DNA of 64,000 bases from the human T2T-CHM13v2.0 reference genome, Homo sapiens (GCF_009914755.1 NC_060946.1); one strand, 5' to 3'. Counted from the stretch's first letter, positions 1 to 14,219 are shown. The notes: generated from the sequence alone by a model not told the origin. Program-made: numbers and translations.

Positions 1-285
1 AATATCAACAAAATAAGAAGAGTATAGCCTCCAACTCCAGTTCCAAGGGCAGGGCAGAAGAGAAGGCTCTGGAATCACTGTAGGTCCGAGAAGGGGATTT
101 GCCTCCCCAGTGCAGGGTCAGTGAGATGAGCAGGGCCACACATGTCCCAGCTGAGGGAAGTACGAGAGAGTGCTGAGTGAAAACGGACCATTCCCTCACA
201 GCACTGGATATGAGAAAATTCAACATTTCTAATAAAAGACAGACCAAAACATCTCGGCTCAGGATAAAGTGAAAGAAGCTACTTG

Positions 286-1092
286 TTGATGCATTGTGTA
301 ATAATGAATCTGGCCAGTCTCTGTCCACCACACCTCTCACCCATTCCTGCGAGGTAACCTCTACATTCTTAATATTTCTTAATTGATAGAAGTGTCTTTG
401 TTACTCATAGTGTGTCCTTGGACAACAGCTGAGTCCATGCCAAGAAAGTGACTAAGGGAGACCCCCTAGAAAACCTGTGCTCAGGAGATGGCACCTGATG
501 GGGCTGGTCCTACCAGAAAGAGCACCCATGCAATAGGACAGGTGTGGAGGGGGGAACTGCTTTGAGCCATGGCATATCAGCTGGTCTTTCACCTCCAGGA
601 AGGGGATGGGGCTGGAGGTTGAGTTCCACTTCCGGGCTGTTGATTCAGTCAGTCATGCCCGTGGAATGGAACCCCAATGAAAACTCTAGACACGGAAGCT
701 CTGGTGAACATCCTGATGGGCAGTTCCCTGTGAATGGTCACACACCTATGTGCCGGGAGGGCAACCGGTCCCTGGGGCTGACGGAAGCCTCCCAGGCCTT
801 GTTGTAGGTAGCTCTCTCTGTAGCTGGCTATTATTTGTCTCTTTATGCTATAATAAAACAGTCATTATAACTATAGCACTTTCCTGAGTTTTGTGAATTG
901 TTTTAGTGATTTATTGAAACTGAAGAAGTTCCTGGGGACCCCCGACTTTGTAGCCAGCTGGTCAGAAGTGACAGTGACCTGGGGACCCTGAATTTGCAGC
1001 TGGGGTCTGAGGCGATGTCTCCTTGAGGAGGACAGTCCCCTTACCCAATGGAGTGTGGCTGACTCCAGGTAGTGTGTGTTCAAAGTCATTGC
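286..1092 (+). mobile_element. ERVL-class LTR, MER21/MER68/MER77 group
   Basis: Recognisable MER21-group blocks: 'gaggtaacctcta', 'tgatagaagtgtctttgttactcat', 'aataaa...ttcctgagttttgtgaattgttttag', 'cccccgactttgtagccagctggtcagaagtg', 'gactccaggtagt'. Subfamily uncertain. Confidence 0.7.
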
Positions 1093-1733
1093 ACAAACAA
1101 ACAACACTAAACAATGTTGGAATGTTAAAATTAAAGTATCACCCAAGAGCTATTGGACAAAAGCAAACTAAAAACAGACTTGACAATGTTAATTTCTAAC
1201 ATTGTGTATTTCAATATAAATGGAATTAAATGGAATAAAATGCCAATGTATGTTGTTAATATCTTAATTCTACAATGAAGATAAAGTAGAATCCCACGTG
1301 CGCTGACCAAGGTAACATGAAAATACAAGTCCAAAACGCCTGGAAATATATGAAGAAAACGAAAGAAACACATTGGATGCTTAATAAACGATTTTTGGAT
1401 ACCTCACAATCTTATGGGTATAGAAATAAGAACAGTGACAAAGCTTAAAACAATTGAAATAATTCAATTACTAAATAAAATAATACCAGAAAGAGAGAAA
1501 GTCTTTATCATTTTCAGTAATTCATAAACATTACACTCTATCTGCATCTATGCTACACAAATCTCCACAAATTTTCAAAAGCAAAATTGCGCAGAACACA
1601 TTCTCTCACTGAAACCTGGATTTATAATAGGAGCAAACGGATATACACACAGATATACACACAGCCTGTGGATCAAGAGATGGGGTATAGGGGCTGCACT
1701 GTACCTAGAGGGACCAATTCTTTGTCTTTTCAT

Positions 1734-1960
1734 GAGGAAAAAAAAAGAAGAAAAGAAAGAAAGAGAAGGAGGGAGGAAAGGGAGGAAAAGAGGGAGGAAG
1801 GAAAGAAGGAAGGAAGGAAGGAAGAAAGGAAGGGAAGGAGGGAGGGAGGGAGGGAGGGAGGGAGGGAGGGAAGGAAGGAGGGAAGGAAGGAAGGAGGGAG
1901 GGAGGGAGGGAGGGAAGGAAGGAGGGAAGGAAGGAAAGGAAGGAGGGAAGGAAGGAAGGG
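1734..1960. repeat. Pure-purine microsatellite (GAAA/GGAA/GGGA)n
   Basis: 227 nt with only A/G on the + strand; (GGGA)n run at about 1840-1870. Confidence 0.95.
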
Positions 1961-2139
1961 TAGAGGTAATGAAGGAGAGGACCACATCAGAGTTGTGTGG
2001 GAGGGTTGGGCGTTGTCCGCAGAGGAGGGGACATTGTGAGTGGTGAAGTCCCAGCCTCCAGCCCTGGGCAAGGCCAGTCCCCGTGGGCATGGGTCTGCTG
2101 GACAGTGTCCAGGAGGCAGCAGGGCAGGCACGGTGTTAG

Positions 2140-2355
2140 TGGGGATTGAAAACCTGGCCAGAGTGCCTGGGAGTGAGACTGCAGCCCCTTTGCTCCCCAG
2201 CTGGGACCTTGGGTGCATTGCTTGGCCTCTCTTGGCCTGTTTTTTCATCTGTGAAATGGAAGTAGAGATACTCTCTACCCCTGAGCATTACTGTGAGGAT
2301 TAGCTGAGTTATGACATGTGAAAGGTTTAGAACAGGCTCAGCGCACTGGAAGTGC
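2140..2355 (+). mobile_element. MIR SINE
   Basis: 'ctgggaccttggg...tttttcatctgtgaaatgg...tgtgaggattagctgagttatgacatgtgaaaggtttagaacagg' matches the MIR core and 3' end. Confidence 0.75.
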
Positions 2356-2463
2356 TGTGGTGCGTCGGCCATTATTATTTGGGGGACGGGCAAGACATAT
2401 GCCCCTCCCAAGATCATCATTGCATCTGTCAAGCCCACAGGTATGATCCCCAGACTCCTAAGC

Positions 2464-2619
2464 AACCTTCCAATGATGATCAACTCCCACGTAGGTTGGG
2501 AATGAGAGAAGGTTCATGCAGACTCAGTCTCCAAGGCCTGGAACCTTCCAATGATGATCAACTCCCGCGTAGGTTGGGAATGAGAGAAGGTTCATGCAGA
2601 CTCAGTCTCCAAGGCCTGG
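2464..2619. repeat. 78-bp tandem duplication (2 copies, 1 mismatch)
   Basis: Copies at 2464-2541 and 2542-2619 differ only at cccAcgt versus cccGcgt. Confidence 0.95.
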
Positions 2620-3472
2620 GAAGCTCTCTGCCCAGATCTTCTCCTGCCTGGATCTGTTGCTCACTGTGGGTGCGGTTCGGCAGCGCCCCGGAGCATGGCC
2701 TTGGGGGTCCCTCAGTCTGGCAGAAGCCACACCCATGCTCTTCCCCTGGTTCCTCACACGCAGGACCTAGGCAGCTCTTTATCTTGTTGGGGATGTAGCC
2801 TTTCTACCCCGTGGCACAGAGCCCCAGCATGGGCCTTCTCTCTCTGAAACACTGTGTTGGCCATCACAGAGGAAGGCCTCTGTGCATTTTTGTTGGATTA
2901 ATTGAATACATGAACAAAACCCAGCTTCCTTGCCATTGCAATGCAATTCCTACAGCTTGTATGGAAAGCTGGGCACCCATCCTGGGCCATCCTGGTTCCC
3001 AGGAAAATGATGACCTTTATTTTGAATGCAGGGGTTGCGGTTTTGATTTATGCCTCATTCCCCGGGTCTGTCTATGACCTTGCGGGCAGTACAGGGCACA
3101 GTTGGCTTTGGAGCCTAAGCCTCTGAGGACTGGAGCCAGTGCCACGGTTTTCAGGGCATCTTCTGGGCTCCAGGAGCTCCCTGGCCTCGAGTTAGCAGCA
3201 GCCAGGCTCTGACAGTCCCTGTAAAGCCTTGGCCAGCCCTGCAGACTCACTGCAGGGGCCGGCGGCAGCTGCTCCTTCTCAGCCTGCAGCGGCTCCCCCT
3301 GTGCAGCTCCATGGCCAAGGTGGCCACTGCACCGTCCAGGTTGAGGCCGGGGGAGGGAGACTCAGGTCCCATCAGGTCTGCTCTTGCTCTCCCCATTTTA
3401 GATCCAGATTTCCTTTCTCCCAGGACCCCGCTGACCCCAGCATCTGTGGGCCCAGCAGCAGCCTTCCTTGGG

Positions 3473-4097
3473 TGCCTGAGTCCAACCCTGCTGCTAGGAC
3501 AGGGCACTGGGCAGCTCAGGAACAACAGACATGGACTTCTCAGGGTTCTGAAGGCTGGAAGCTCAAGATCCAGGCCTCAGCAGATTCGGCACCCAGGGAA
3601 GGGCTTCCTGGTTCACAGCTGGTACCTTCTCACTGTCCTCACATGGAGGAAGGAGGAGGGTCTCTCTGAGGTCTATTTTTTTTTTTTTTTTGATTTGGAG
3701 TCTCAATCTGTCACCCAGGCTGGAGTGCAGTGACACGATCTCACCTCACTGCAACCTCTGCCTCCTGGGTTCAAGTGATTCTCCTGCCTCAGCCCCTTGA
3801 GTAGCTGGGACTACAGACATGTGCCACCACACCCAGGTAATTTTTTGTATTTTTAGTGGAGATGGGGTTTTGCCATGTTGGCCGGGCTGGTCTCAAACTC
3901 CTGACCTCAAGTGATCCACCCTCCTTGGCCTCCCAAAGTGCTGGGATTACAGGTGTGAGCCACCTTGTCCAGCCTCTGGGGTCTATTTTATTAGGGCACT
4001 AATCCCATTCATGAGGGCCCTGTTCTTATGACCTAATCATCTCCCAAAGGCCCCACCTCCAAATACCATCCAGCCCACTGGGGCTTGAGTTTTCCAT
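3473..4097 (-). mobile_element. MLT1A-type MaLR LTR interrupted by an Alu
   Basis: 'aggctggaagctcaagatc...gcagattcgg...cctcacatgg' before the Alu and 'agggcactaatcccattcatgaggg...ctcccaaaggccccacctcc' after it. Confidence 0.8.
3677..3974 (-). mobile_element. AluS (Sx-like)
   Basis: Poly-T followed by a full dimeric antisense Alu; TSD tctg(a/g)ggtctatttt. Confidence 0.95.
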
Positions 4098-4679
4098 CTC
4101 CCCAGCTCCCCCTGTCTTCCACCTAAAATCCCTAATTCTATTAAACACCTTGGACTTTTGTGGGGCCCTTCCCAAATCCAGCATCGCCCTCCCGTCCTAA
4201 GAGCACACAGGTTCCCCTTGGGGAGCACCTTCTCCACTGTGAAGCCACCATGTGCCACCAAGGGGCCAGCCCCAGCCCCGTATCCCCGAGGAGTTCTGAT
4301 CAATTTGGCCAAAGGCGCTAATCCCATCACAGGGGCCACGGAGTGTCATTCCATCCTCAGGAGCACGAGTGCTCAGGCCTGGGGTAGGAGTGGGAGAGTG
4401 CCTTCCCCTGGAAGATGCTGTGCAGAGGTCCCTTGGGCCAGGCTCCAGCTGTAGGGGAGCCAGGTGGGGGTCAGAGCTGACCTTCAAGGGAGAGCAGAGC
4501 CCAGCTAGAGAGCTGAGCACACCAGGAAGGACACGGCCGCCTCCGGCCTTTTCAGCGGCACGGGCCATGCCGCTTCTATTGGTCAGCTCTGTCTGGGGCT
4601 TGTTTTGTCCCTCGCCACAGCGAGCATTCTAATGAAGTTAGATCAAGGCCAGAAAAAACGAAATATTCAAAAAAGCAAT

Positions 4680-5570
<891 letters not shown>

Positions 5571-7119
5571 AGGCCTAACACTCGTCAACAATGCACCACA
5601 CACAGGTGAGCATTTAGCCAGGCCTAAGACGAGGAAGTCAGCAATGGCAGGAGTCAGGCGGGGAGCACCTCCCTCCCGCACAGGACTGGAGTCAGGACAG
5701 AGGGTCCCTGAGCACTGGGACATGTCCGTCCTGGCATGTGGCGTCAGTTAGGGTCTTTCTCTTTAAATGTTTTTTTTTGTTGTTGTTTTTTGTTTGTTTG
5801 TTTTTAATAAAAGGCCATTTCCTCTGCCATTTCCAACGTACCCTGCGTAGTTGGTGCATGACACCCTCAGCCAGCTGGACTTGCCCCACCCCAGATGTGT
5901 TGGGAGCTTCTCAGACAACGCTGCCTGCGGCTGTCCTTGGCTCCATGTGGGACGTCTTGTAGGATCTACAGAATCTGGGAACATGGGCTTGGGATACAAC
6001 TGGGGAGACTGGTGGAGGTCTCTTCCTCTATCATCCCTTCTCCTGGAGTCATGTGATGTTAGATTTTGGAAAGGGGCAGATTTGAGTTTCACTTTAGACT
6101 TTCAACATTACAAAAGGGGAAAAAATGCTCCCAACCCCCAAAAAAAAGGAGAGAGAGAAAGAAAATGTCAAATCTGCAAATGTGCCGCATTCTAAATTAT
6201 CCAAGCACTTGCTCTAATTAGTATTCCAAGCTAGACAAGAGCAGAAAGTCAAAATCTCCATTTAAATGAAAATCTCCCCAGCCCCTGGCTGGGGCTTCCG
6301 TCTGCACCAGGGGGTTCCTGGTGCCTCCAGGGACTTAGAATTCAAGGCCCCAGGTGAGCCTCGCGGCCGGTCTCCCTCTGCCTCTTGGGAAGGTGGAGGG
6401 TGGAAGCCTCAGGGTGGGCTTGCTTTCTTTGCTAGCTTAGGTGCTCGGGTGGGAAGGGCACCAGGTTGTTCAGGCCACGTGGCTGAGATCATGCCTGCAC
6501 GTTGGTAACTGTGGAATTGATTTTGAATGCAGAGAGTTTGGCATTCATTGAGGATTAGCCAATTGATTGCCATTCGTGTGCAGAAAAGGTTATCTCTTTC
6601 TAGGGACTCTGGGGCCCTGTGTGTTTACTCTCCCTCTCCATAGGAACCCTGACTATGGACAGTCCCTGAGACACACCCATCCTCCCCAGAGCTGTTGCCC
6701 CGGAGCCTCTGCAAACTTTGCTGATTGTTTACATTGTACTTAAGGCCATGGTGGGTGGTGCTGGAGTTTGGTCTACAGCGGCTCACAGACTGCCCAGGCT
6801 CATAGATGCCAATGCAGAAGTGCGTCAAAAGCAGCCCGAAGGAATAATTGGTTTGGTAAACATTTGAGCCACACTATCTGGCCCCGGGAGGCTCGAGCTC
6901 CAGCCCCACCCACGGAGCCTCCACCTCCGCACAGCCTGGAATCCCTCCAGGACCCACTCAAGGCCTCCTCCTGGAAGAGCCTCCAAATCCAGAGGACGTT
7001 CCCTCCTTGCAGGGAACTTGGCAGGGAGGTCCCTGTGGGGCACCAGCTGAGCGAAGTTCACCTCGTTTCTGTTGTCATCTTCCTCCCCCTCCGTGAGTGA
7101 CAGATGAATGACAAGAGTA

Positions 7120-7330
7120 GCAATGACAATAGCTGCCCCCACTGCAGGCTTCCTATGCGGAGGCCCTGCCTGTGTGATCTCCAGTCTTTCCAGCTTCTCA
7201 GCAAGTGGGCTTCAGGACCCCCATTTTCCAAAAGGAAAAGCAAAACAGCCCTGGCCTTCAGAGCAGCTGAATGAGGAACTTGTCCAAGGTCATGCAGCTC
7301 AGCCCAGAAGGTGTCAGAGATCAGATTACA
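7120..7330 (-). mobile_element. MIR SINE (degenerate)
   Basis: 'cccattttccaaaaggaaa...gaacttgtccaaggtcatgcagct' resembles the antisense MIR core. Confidence 0.55.
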
Positions 7331-7987
7331 AAACCCTGGAATTTCTGCTACATCCCAGAACTTCCAAAGCCAGTCTTAGATATTTCCTGGAACAGGGAAA
7401 ACTGTAATAAATATCTGCAATGTAGCCTTTTGCGTGCATGTCGGTCTTGCCCAGGGTGAGTTGCGGTTCACTGAGTGATGGTCCCACGTCGGGGTACCAT
7501 GACCTGTACTGAGCATCTGCCAGTCACTTCATCCTCAGGCAGGGATGAGAAAGAAAACTCCTGCCTTAGGAATGCAGAAACTGACTTGCAGCAAGATTCA
7601 GTATCTTCCCCAGATGTCACACCCAGTCCTTCCAGAGCCAGCCTCCAGTCTGCCCAAGCCTCTACCTGGGCTCCCAGGGGCTGGGTGTCCACACTAGAAC
7701 AACACAAGCTACACGGGGTGTCGGGTCTTAGAGCCTGAGCAAGAGCCTGGGGTTCCATCTCCTCCATGGAACGTCCCCCCTTTTAGCTACACTGAGCAAT
7801 ATCAGATATGGGAAGATATTGGTTATTGGGTATACTTTTTTCTTTTCTTTTGTTAATTGGCAATGCTCACACATTTTTCTACTATCCAACTTACCTTTCC
7901 TGTATCTCTCCCCAGACTCAGTCTCATTTTACCTGCACAGACGCTTCTTCTTTTGCCCAGGCCCCATCTCACATGTCGTAACCTCTC

Positions 7988-8095
7988 ACTCACTCATTCA
8001 TCTGCTCATTCATTCCTTCAGCCAGCATGTGTGGGCCACCACCGAGCACCAGGCTGTTAGCTCCTGATGAAGGGCACTGAGATCAGACTGAACAT
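7988..8095 (-). mobile_element. L2 3' end
   Basis: (CATT)-like tail followed by 'gagcaccaggctg...gggcactgagat'. Confidence 0.5.
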
Positions 8096-10659
8096 CAAAC
8101 TGCAGGGCAGCTGCGGCCCAGGCTTGAAGGCGTCCCTGCCTGGGCATGCACAATGCACTTGGGATCTAAACTCAGCTTTCTTTGGAAAAGCTGGGAGCAA
8201 AGACAGCAAGTTCACAAAATTCTGCCTGGCTGCCGCCTCTTTTTCCATCAGCCACTGTTATTTCCCCTGCAGGACCCTGGTCCTCAAGCCCACCTGGCCA
8301 CACAGGGACCCCACTCCTCTTTCCGGAGAGTCTGACGGTGGACCCAGATCAAGGCTTTTCTATGCATTGTTGGAGGATCCTTAGGCATCATCCTAAATGC
8401 TTCCTGACCACTACGCCCACATCCGGGAACAAATCACTGCTAATCATTTGTTTCCACAAGAGAAGAGAGTCCATCTTTAAGTTTTTTTTCCAAGGCTGGA
8501 AGCAGGGCTATTTGTGATATAAATAGGAAGTTCTGGGCCTGCAGCAGGGCTGAGTTTGAACTGCTCTGATAGGAAACAAAAATCCATTTGGTTAAATATG
8601 TTTTCCAGGTCCCCGGCGCCTCCGCCTGAAGAAACGGATTAAGAGACAAGACGCTCTTTAGCTCATCTAGAAATTCTCCAAAATATGGCCATTTACTAAC
8701 AAATGTAGGATTTGGGGTTCTACAGGGCCTACAAGGGAGGGTCTCACCTAAGATGCCAGCGTTATGTTTCACTGATGCAACCCTTGGCTCATTATATTTG
8801 GAGGGCTTTCGATGCAGGAGAGGCCTCCCACCTGGCCCCTCTCTTTTGCACCCATCCAGGCTGCCGTTGGCCATCCTGAAGTCCCAGAACAGCGGGATCA
8901 GCCTCCCGGGTCCCAGAAGCCAAGTGGTGTTGGTGAAGAGCAGCTCTCCAAAGCACACACTCGAAAGAGGAGCTGGTAAAAGACTGGGGGTCCCTTGTGA
9001 AGGCCTCCGCATTCCAGCGTTTAGCATAAAGTCAGTGGCAGTAGCACAGCACTCTGCCTTGAGGATGTAGTGGGGCAGCTTGGCTCTCTTGCCACTTAAC
9101 TGGAAAGGCATCCGCCCACTGTGGCTTTGGCCCTCTATGTACCTATTAGATCCTACAGAAAGACTTCCACTGGCCTTCCAGCCTTGGAGGGCACTGACTG
9201 CATGGAATACCAAATGGAGACAAATCTGGAAGGAAGGAAAATAAGGCCGGAATCCAACAGACTCAGAGAAGAAGGGGCCCAAGCCCCCGGGAAGTACCAC
9301 AGATCCAGGACGCTCCATAGACCCGGTGTTCACCGCTCCTGGCCTGCGTGTCCCATGGGCTCTGTGGTGTGACGGGAGAGGCACAGCCCACCCTTGGAGA
9401 TGGAAACATTTCTCCTACTGACAAGGAGTCTGAGAACCAGGCCGCATCTGTAATTGGAAGGAAAGGGACCTCGCCACGAACTGCTTCCCCCAGGAAGAAC
9501 AGAAGTGTCAGATTCTGGATATGCATACTGTTTTTTATTTCTACACATTAATTTCAATTGTTTTGAAATAATACACTTTAGTGCCAAATGCTTTAAAAGT
9601 ACTTATCAGAATTGATGTAACTATGAAGTTGTCATTGTATGTGTCAGTCCCACTGAACAAAAGCATCTCTCTATTTAAACATGGCTGGCATCCAGAAAGC
9701 AAGGTGTAAGAGGAGCTCTCACTCCTCAAAGGCAGTGCTCCCTACTGAGGTGCTCTTGAGGGGCTTCCAAGGTGAGAGGAAGGGGCGTCCAGGCCTGGAT
9801 GTCCCAAGCAGGGGAAGACAGCAAGAAGGAGGGCAGACTTTGGGAGCAGAAAACGGGATTCTTCTGATGCAGTCCTGTCTGCTCTAGAGCAGCTCAACTT
9901 CTGGAAGAATCCAATGCCAAGGCCAAGGGGAGCTTTGGGTTCAGAGAGGGGCCAAGCAGCCTCTGAGGGCCCACAGACTCAGGACACCACAAGCCACATT
10001 GCAGTACATTTTATTTATTTATTTACTTATTTATTTATGAGCTGAGGGATGTTGTCTTGGGTGTAACTCTTGAGGCCAGGACACCAGGGCATGCACCTGC
10101 TCACCAAATGCTCTCTCTCGGACAGCTCCTTCTGGGAACCCAGCCACGGGGCTGGGAAGAGCCCAGGCCACAGGAAGGGGACCTGGAAGTGCTCTGGTCC
10201 GCAGTCACAACTGGCTCTGGACTTCTTGGCCCCCAGCACCCCCTCCACCCATCACATCCTACCAGCAGAGGTCCCAACATCAGGAAGCGGAGGCCATGAT
10301 GTAAAGTGCAGACCTGCAAAATCCAGACACTAATAATAGACAGTGGTGCTTGTTTCATCCCAGTATATTTGCATTGGCTTGTGACATCGAGGTAGGTAAC
10401 AGGCACGCCACCCGTGGATCCGCCAGGTCTCCTCTCCTGCCTCCCCTCTTCTCTGCCTTGTTCCTGGGGCTCTGGTGGGAGTCAGGAGTGGGTCACGCAC
10501 ATGATGCTGAGGAGGCTGCCTCCACGCTTCCCAGCATCCCCTGCTGGGCCCCCCGGGTGGGCATTTGTGATCCCCCACCTGATCTCCTTCTTCCAGGCTT
10601 CCTCCTTCCAATCCCCTTCCCCACTTCAATGATCAAAGTGATATCACTGCTATCATCGT

Positions 10660-10866
10660 CACTTTTCTAACACTTCACAATGTAAGAAGTACTTTCAAAT
10701 GTAATAATTCATTAAATAAAGCAAACTTTAGGAGAGAGAATCTTGTTCAATTTTTATAGAAACACCATGGCTCAAAAAGGCAACATGACTTGATGAAAGT
10801 CACTTAGTATTCAAAAAATAGATAACAAATCTGGCCCCTAGCTCTGGGCTATTTTCTCCACACCAT
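10660..10866 (-). mobile_element. MIR SINE (degenerate)
   Basis: 'atttttatagaaacaccatggctca...tgacttgatgaaagtcac...ctattttctccacacca'. Confidence 0.5.
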
Positions 10867-11088
10867 TGCCCAGTGCTCACTGCATTCATTCCAGATCTTT
10901 ACCATGGCATTCAGGCACCCACAGAGTCTGTCCCAAATAAACTTGCATCTCTGTTTCTCTCATAGATCAAGTTCCTTCTGGGAATCAGCAAGGCCACAAA
11001 CAGAAAGAGAACATGAGAACCAGGTCTGTGTTTTGCCTCTGGGAAAAGCATACCATGTGTTCATCTTGTTTCCTCTTTTGTTTGGTGA

Positions 11089-11428
<340 letters not shown>

Positions 11429-12049
11429 AAATGCAGCTCCATCTTAGTAACCATGCAGGACTCCAGGCTTTGCTGCCTGAACTTCACTTTCCCTGTGCTT
11501 TGATTTTTTGTTCTTTCAATATTATATTTCCCTATCCCAGCATTGTATTCATATGGCACATACCTTATGGATTTTTGCTTATTTTCTCTACTGATAAATT
11601 CCCAGAGCCTAGGACTACGCCAGATGCAGAGTAGATAGCTACTGAAAGAATGCATGAATGAACAGGTGAATTGTTCCTCTTGGTATCGTAAGCACCTATA
11701 AAAGCCACATCAAAATAGCTAATTTATTAAATACATTGCTACATAGTGGAATTTAGCCATTTCAAAGTGGGAAAACCTGACTCTGAAATGAAGCTATTTT
11801 GGCTTCCACTTGGCCAGAACCAGGACTGTAGTTGCATCCCAGCCCAGTGGGACCTCCTTCCTGGCCTTTTGCTCCAAACCTGGCAGCAGCAGGTCTCATG
11901 CTTAGAGCGGCCACTGGTCCCTCCCTCCAGCGCTAGCCTTGGTTTTAGCTCCTGGAAAGGGCTAGAGGGGGTGGGGAGAGTGAAATAAGACAGAACTGCC
12001 TTGAGGCCCTGTCCAAATAAATTTTAAAATCTGAAGTTCTGATATACCT

Positions 12050-13070
12050 GAAAAGGGAAAACAACATGATTGTCTGCAAAAGTTAGGATGGTCTACTTTA
12101 AAACACAGGATATCATTACTAGGAGTAATAATATAATTCAGAACAACATCACTATCCCAAATAAGTAACTGTCTTATACACCAAAAAGGACTAGCCGCAC
12201 AAATCTCCATGCATAACAGCAACAAAAGAAATAAAATATGCAGTCAGCAACTAACAAGATATATTCAGGACAGATACCAAAGAAGAGAAATGAAGAAAGA
12301 TTTGAATAAATGGAAAGAAATATCATGTTCCCAGAGGGGAGAGCTCAGCTTTTTAAAGATGTCAAACCTCACGAAGTGAATTGATAAAAAATTAGAATTC
12401 CAAAGAAAATCTCAGTAGAACTTTACAAAATGGATGTTTGATTTGAAATTTTTTTCTTAAAAAATAAAATGATAGATAACCAAGAAACGTTGTCTTATCA
12501 AATAGTTTTACATTAATAAAATAGTATGCTACTTAGAGAGAGAGAGAGATTGAAAGAGATCGATGGAATCATAGAATAGTCTAGAAATAGGCCCAAGAAT
12601 CATCTGGAAGAATTTGTCGTATGATAAAAATGGTATTTTGTTATCTGTTGGTAACAAATGAATTATCCTCTAAACTGTATTGAGACCACTAAAGAAGTAT
12701 TTATAAAATGATGTTAGTTACCTATCTCTACAGCAAAATGAATTCCAGACAGATTTAAAATGTACAGTTTGTACAAAACATAAAATATTGGAAGCTCAAA
12801 AAGATATCATTTTAAATAACCTCAGGATGGAAAAACAGTTTACTAGGCAAAGACCAAAAGGCAGAAGTCACAAGGAGAAAATATGGATGAATTTGACAAT
12901 TTATGTTTTATTAAGATATGTTCCTAAAACTCAGAAGAAAAAAGGATAAAGTCCCTCCACTTGGAGAAAAATGGTTTAAAAATGCCAATAAGCAAATATC
13001 AAAAGAAAAATATAAGCACGCAAAAATGTTCATCCTCATTAGCACTCAAAGAAATGCAAATTACAAAGCC
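12050..13070 (+). mobile_element. Ancient L1 (L1M/L1ME) ORF2 remnant
   Basis: AT-rich: 'gaaagatttgaataaatggaaagaaatatcatgttc', 'aattccagacagattt', 'tgttcatcctcattagcactcaaagaaatgcaaatta'. Confidence 0.7.
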
Positions 13071-13185
13071 GTGTGAGCCTCTTGTCAGCAAAGGGGAGGA
13101 GGGAACCTCTCACGGGATTCCTGGGCTGCAGCGCGGCTGGACCAGAGGCTGTGATGTTCTGGCTCCAGGAGGGACTCACGGGTGT

Positions 13186-13361
13186 TTGTGGGAGCTAAGA
13201 ACATAAAGTACATTGATTTCTTCATTATGGCGAGAAGATATTTAAGAATGTTAGCACAGATCTTTGAATAAATTTTGTTCCTAAGAGAAGTTACTATTTA
13301 TTCCTAATTAAACCGGGGGGGGGGATGTCTTTGAAGAGGAACCTCTGCTTTATTTTTTACA
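13186..13361 (-). mobile_element. Truncated ERV1 LTR, LTR10 family (LTR10C-like), 5' ~175 bp only
   Basis: Reverse complement reads TGTAAAAAATAAAGCAGAGGTTCCTCTTCAAAGAC...AATTAGGAATAAATAGTAACTTCTCTTAG...TGTTCTTAGCTCCCACAA, matching my recollection of an LTR10-type start. Confidence 0.65.
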
Positions 13362-14219
13362 GGGGCATCCTTGCATTATGATGCTGTCTAATTGTATGTT
13401 ATAGAATTATACGTATCAAATATTAAGGGAAAATTAAATATAATGTTTACTGGCAGGAAAGGCAATCATGGAAGTTCCTACAGCTTGACGCACAGATAAG
13501 GACTGTGCCAGCATTGCCAGCCTGAGTGGCCCCTGTCTCCTCTGGGGAGGGCAGGTGCACCATGTGGCCACAGACAAGCCACCCAGGACATGGGGTGACA
13601 GTGCTCTCAGGTTTTGCTGATGGCCATCCCTGGACACATTGGTAATGCTGAACTTCCCCATGTGGGAGTCAGGCTGAGGGCAGCCACCCCCAGTCAGTGA
13701 CGCCTTAGCAAGCACACGGCACCACCAAGGACGTGTTTTGTCAAAAGAAAATGGGAACTTGGATCTGATGAGTGTTTTGGAGCCATCTTCCAGCTCACAG
13801 AAAATATTCAGGATAGAGGAACACATTAAATGACACTCGAAAATAGCTAATAGACAAGTGCAGCCTGTGGAAAACCCTACAGGACAAATGTCCAGGTTTC
13901 TGCAACAACACAGTGTCTAAAACAAAGGGGATGCCCTGGTGTTGGATTGAGTGGGGCATGTTGGACCTCAGTGAGGACAGTTGGGGAGGCCATGGGGGGG
14001 TCCTCCCGGGACCAACTGCCTTAGTATGCCTATTGCACTCAGTTATCAGCTGACGCAGACTGTGGGGAACCTGTCTTTGGTGTGAATGCAGGGATGAACT
14101 TCAGAGCAGGAACATGGCCCTTGACCATGCAGCCCCCAGCAGCCGGGGACCTGAAGGACACTGGCTCTCAGGCTCCACAGAATGTGGCTGACAGTCCTTG
14201 AATCTGGTGATGGGAAATA

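Noticed and set aside
1575-2248. K/E/G/R-rich and P/S/F/L-rich ORFs
   Set aside because: Translations of the purine microsatellite.
2472-2619. C/D-box snoRNA (ATGATGA in each 78-bp unit)
   Set aside because: No CTGA D box within the unit and no terminal stem in the right position.
2668-2688. U6-like 5' hairpin (gtgcggttcggcagc)
   Set aside because: Similarity is limited to about 10 nt and no U6 body follows.
8678-8688. CArG box (CCAAAATATGG)
   Set aside because: It has seven A/T bases between CC and GG, not the six required.
8440-9384. Longest ORF (314 aa, minus strand)
   Set aside because: No recognisable domain, composition typical of GC-rich non-coding DNA, and no exon context; chance ORFs of this length are plausible here.
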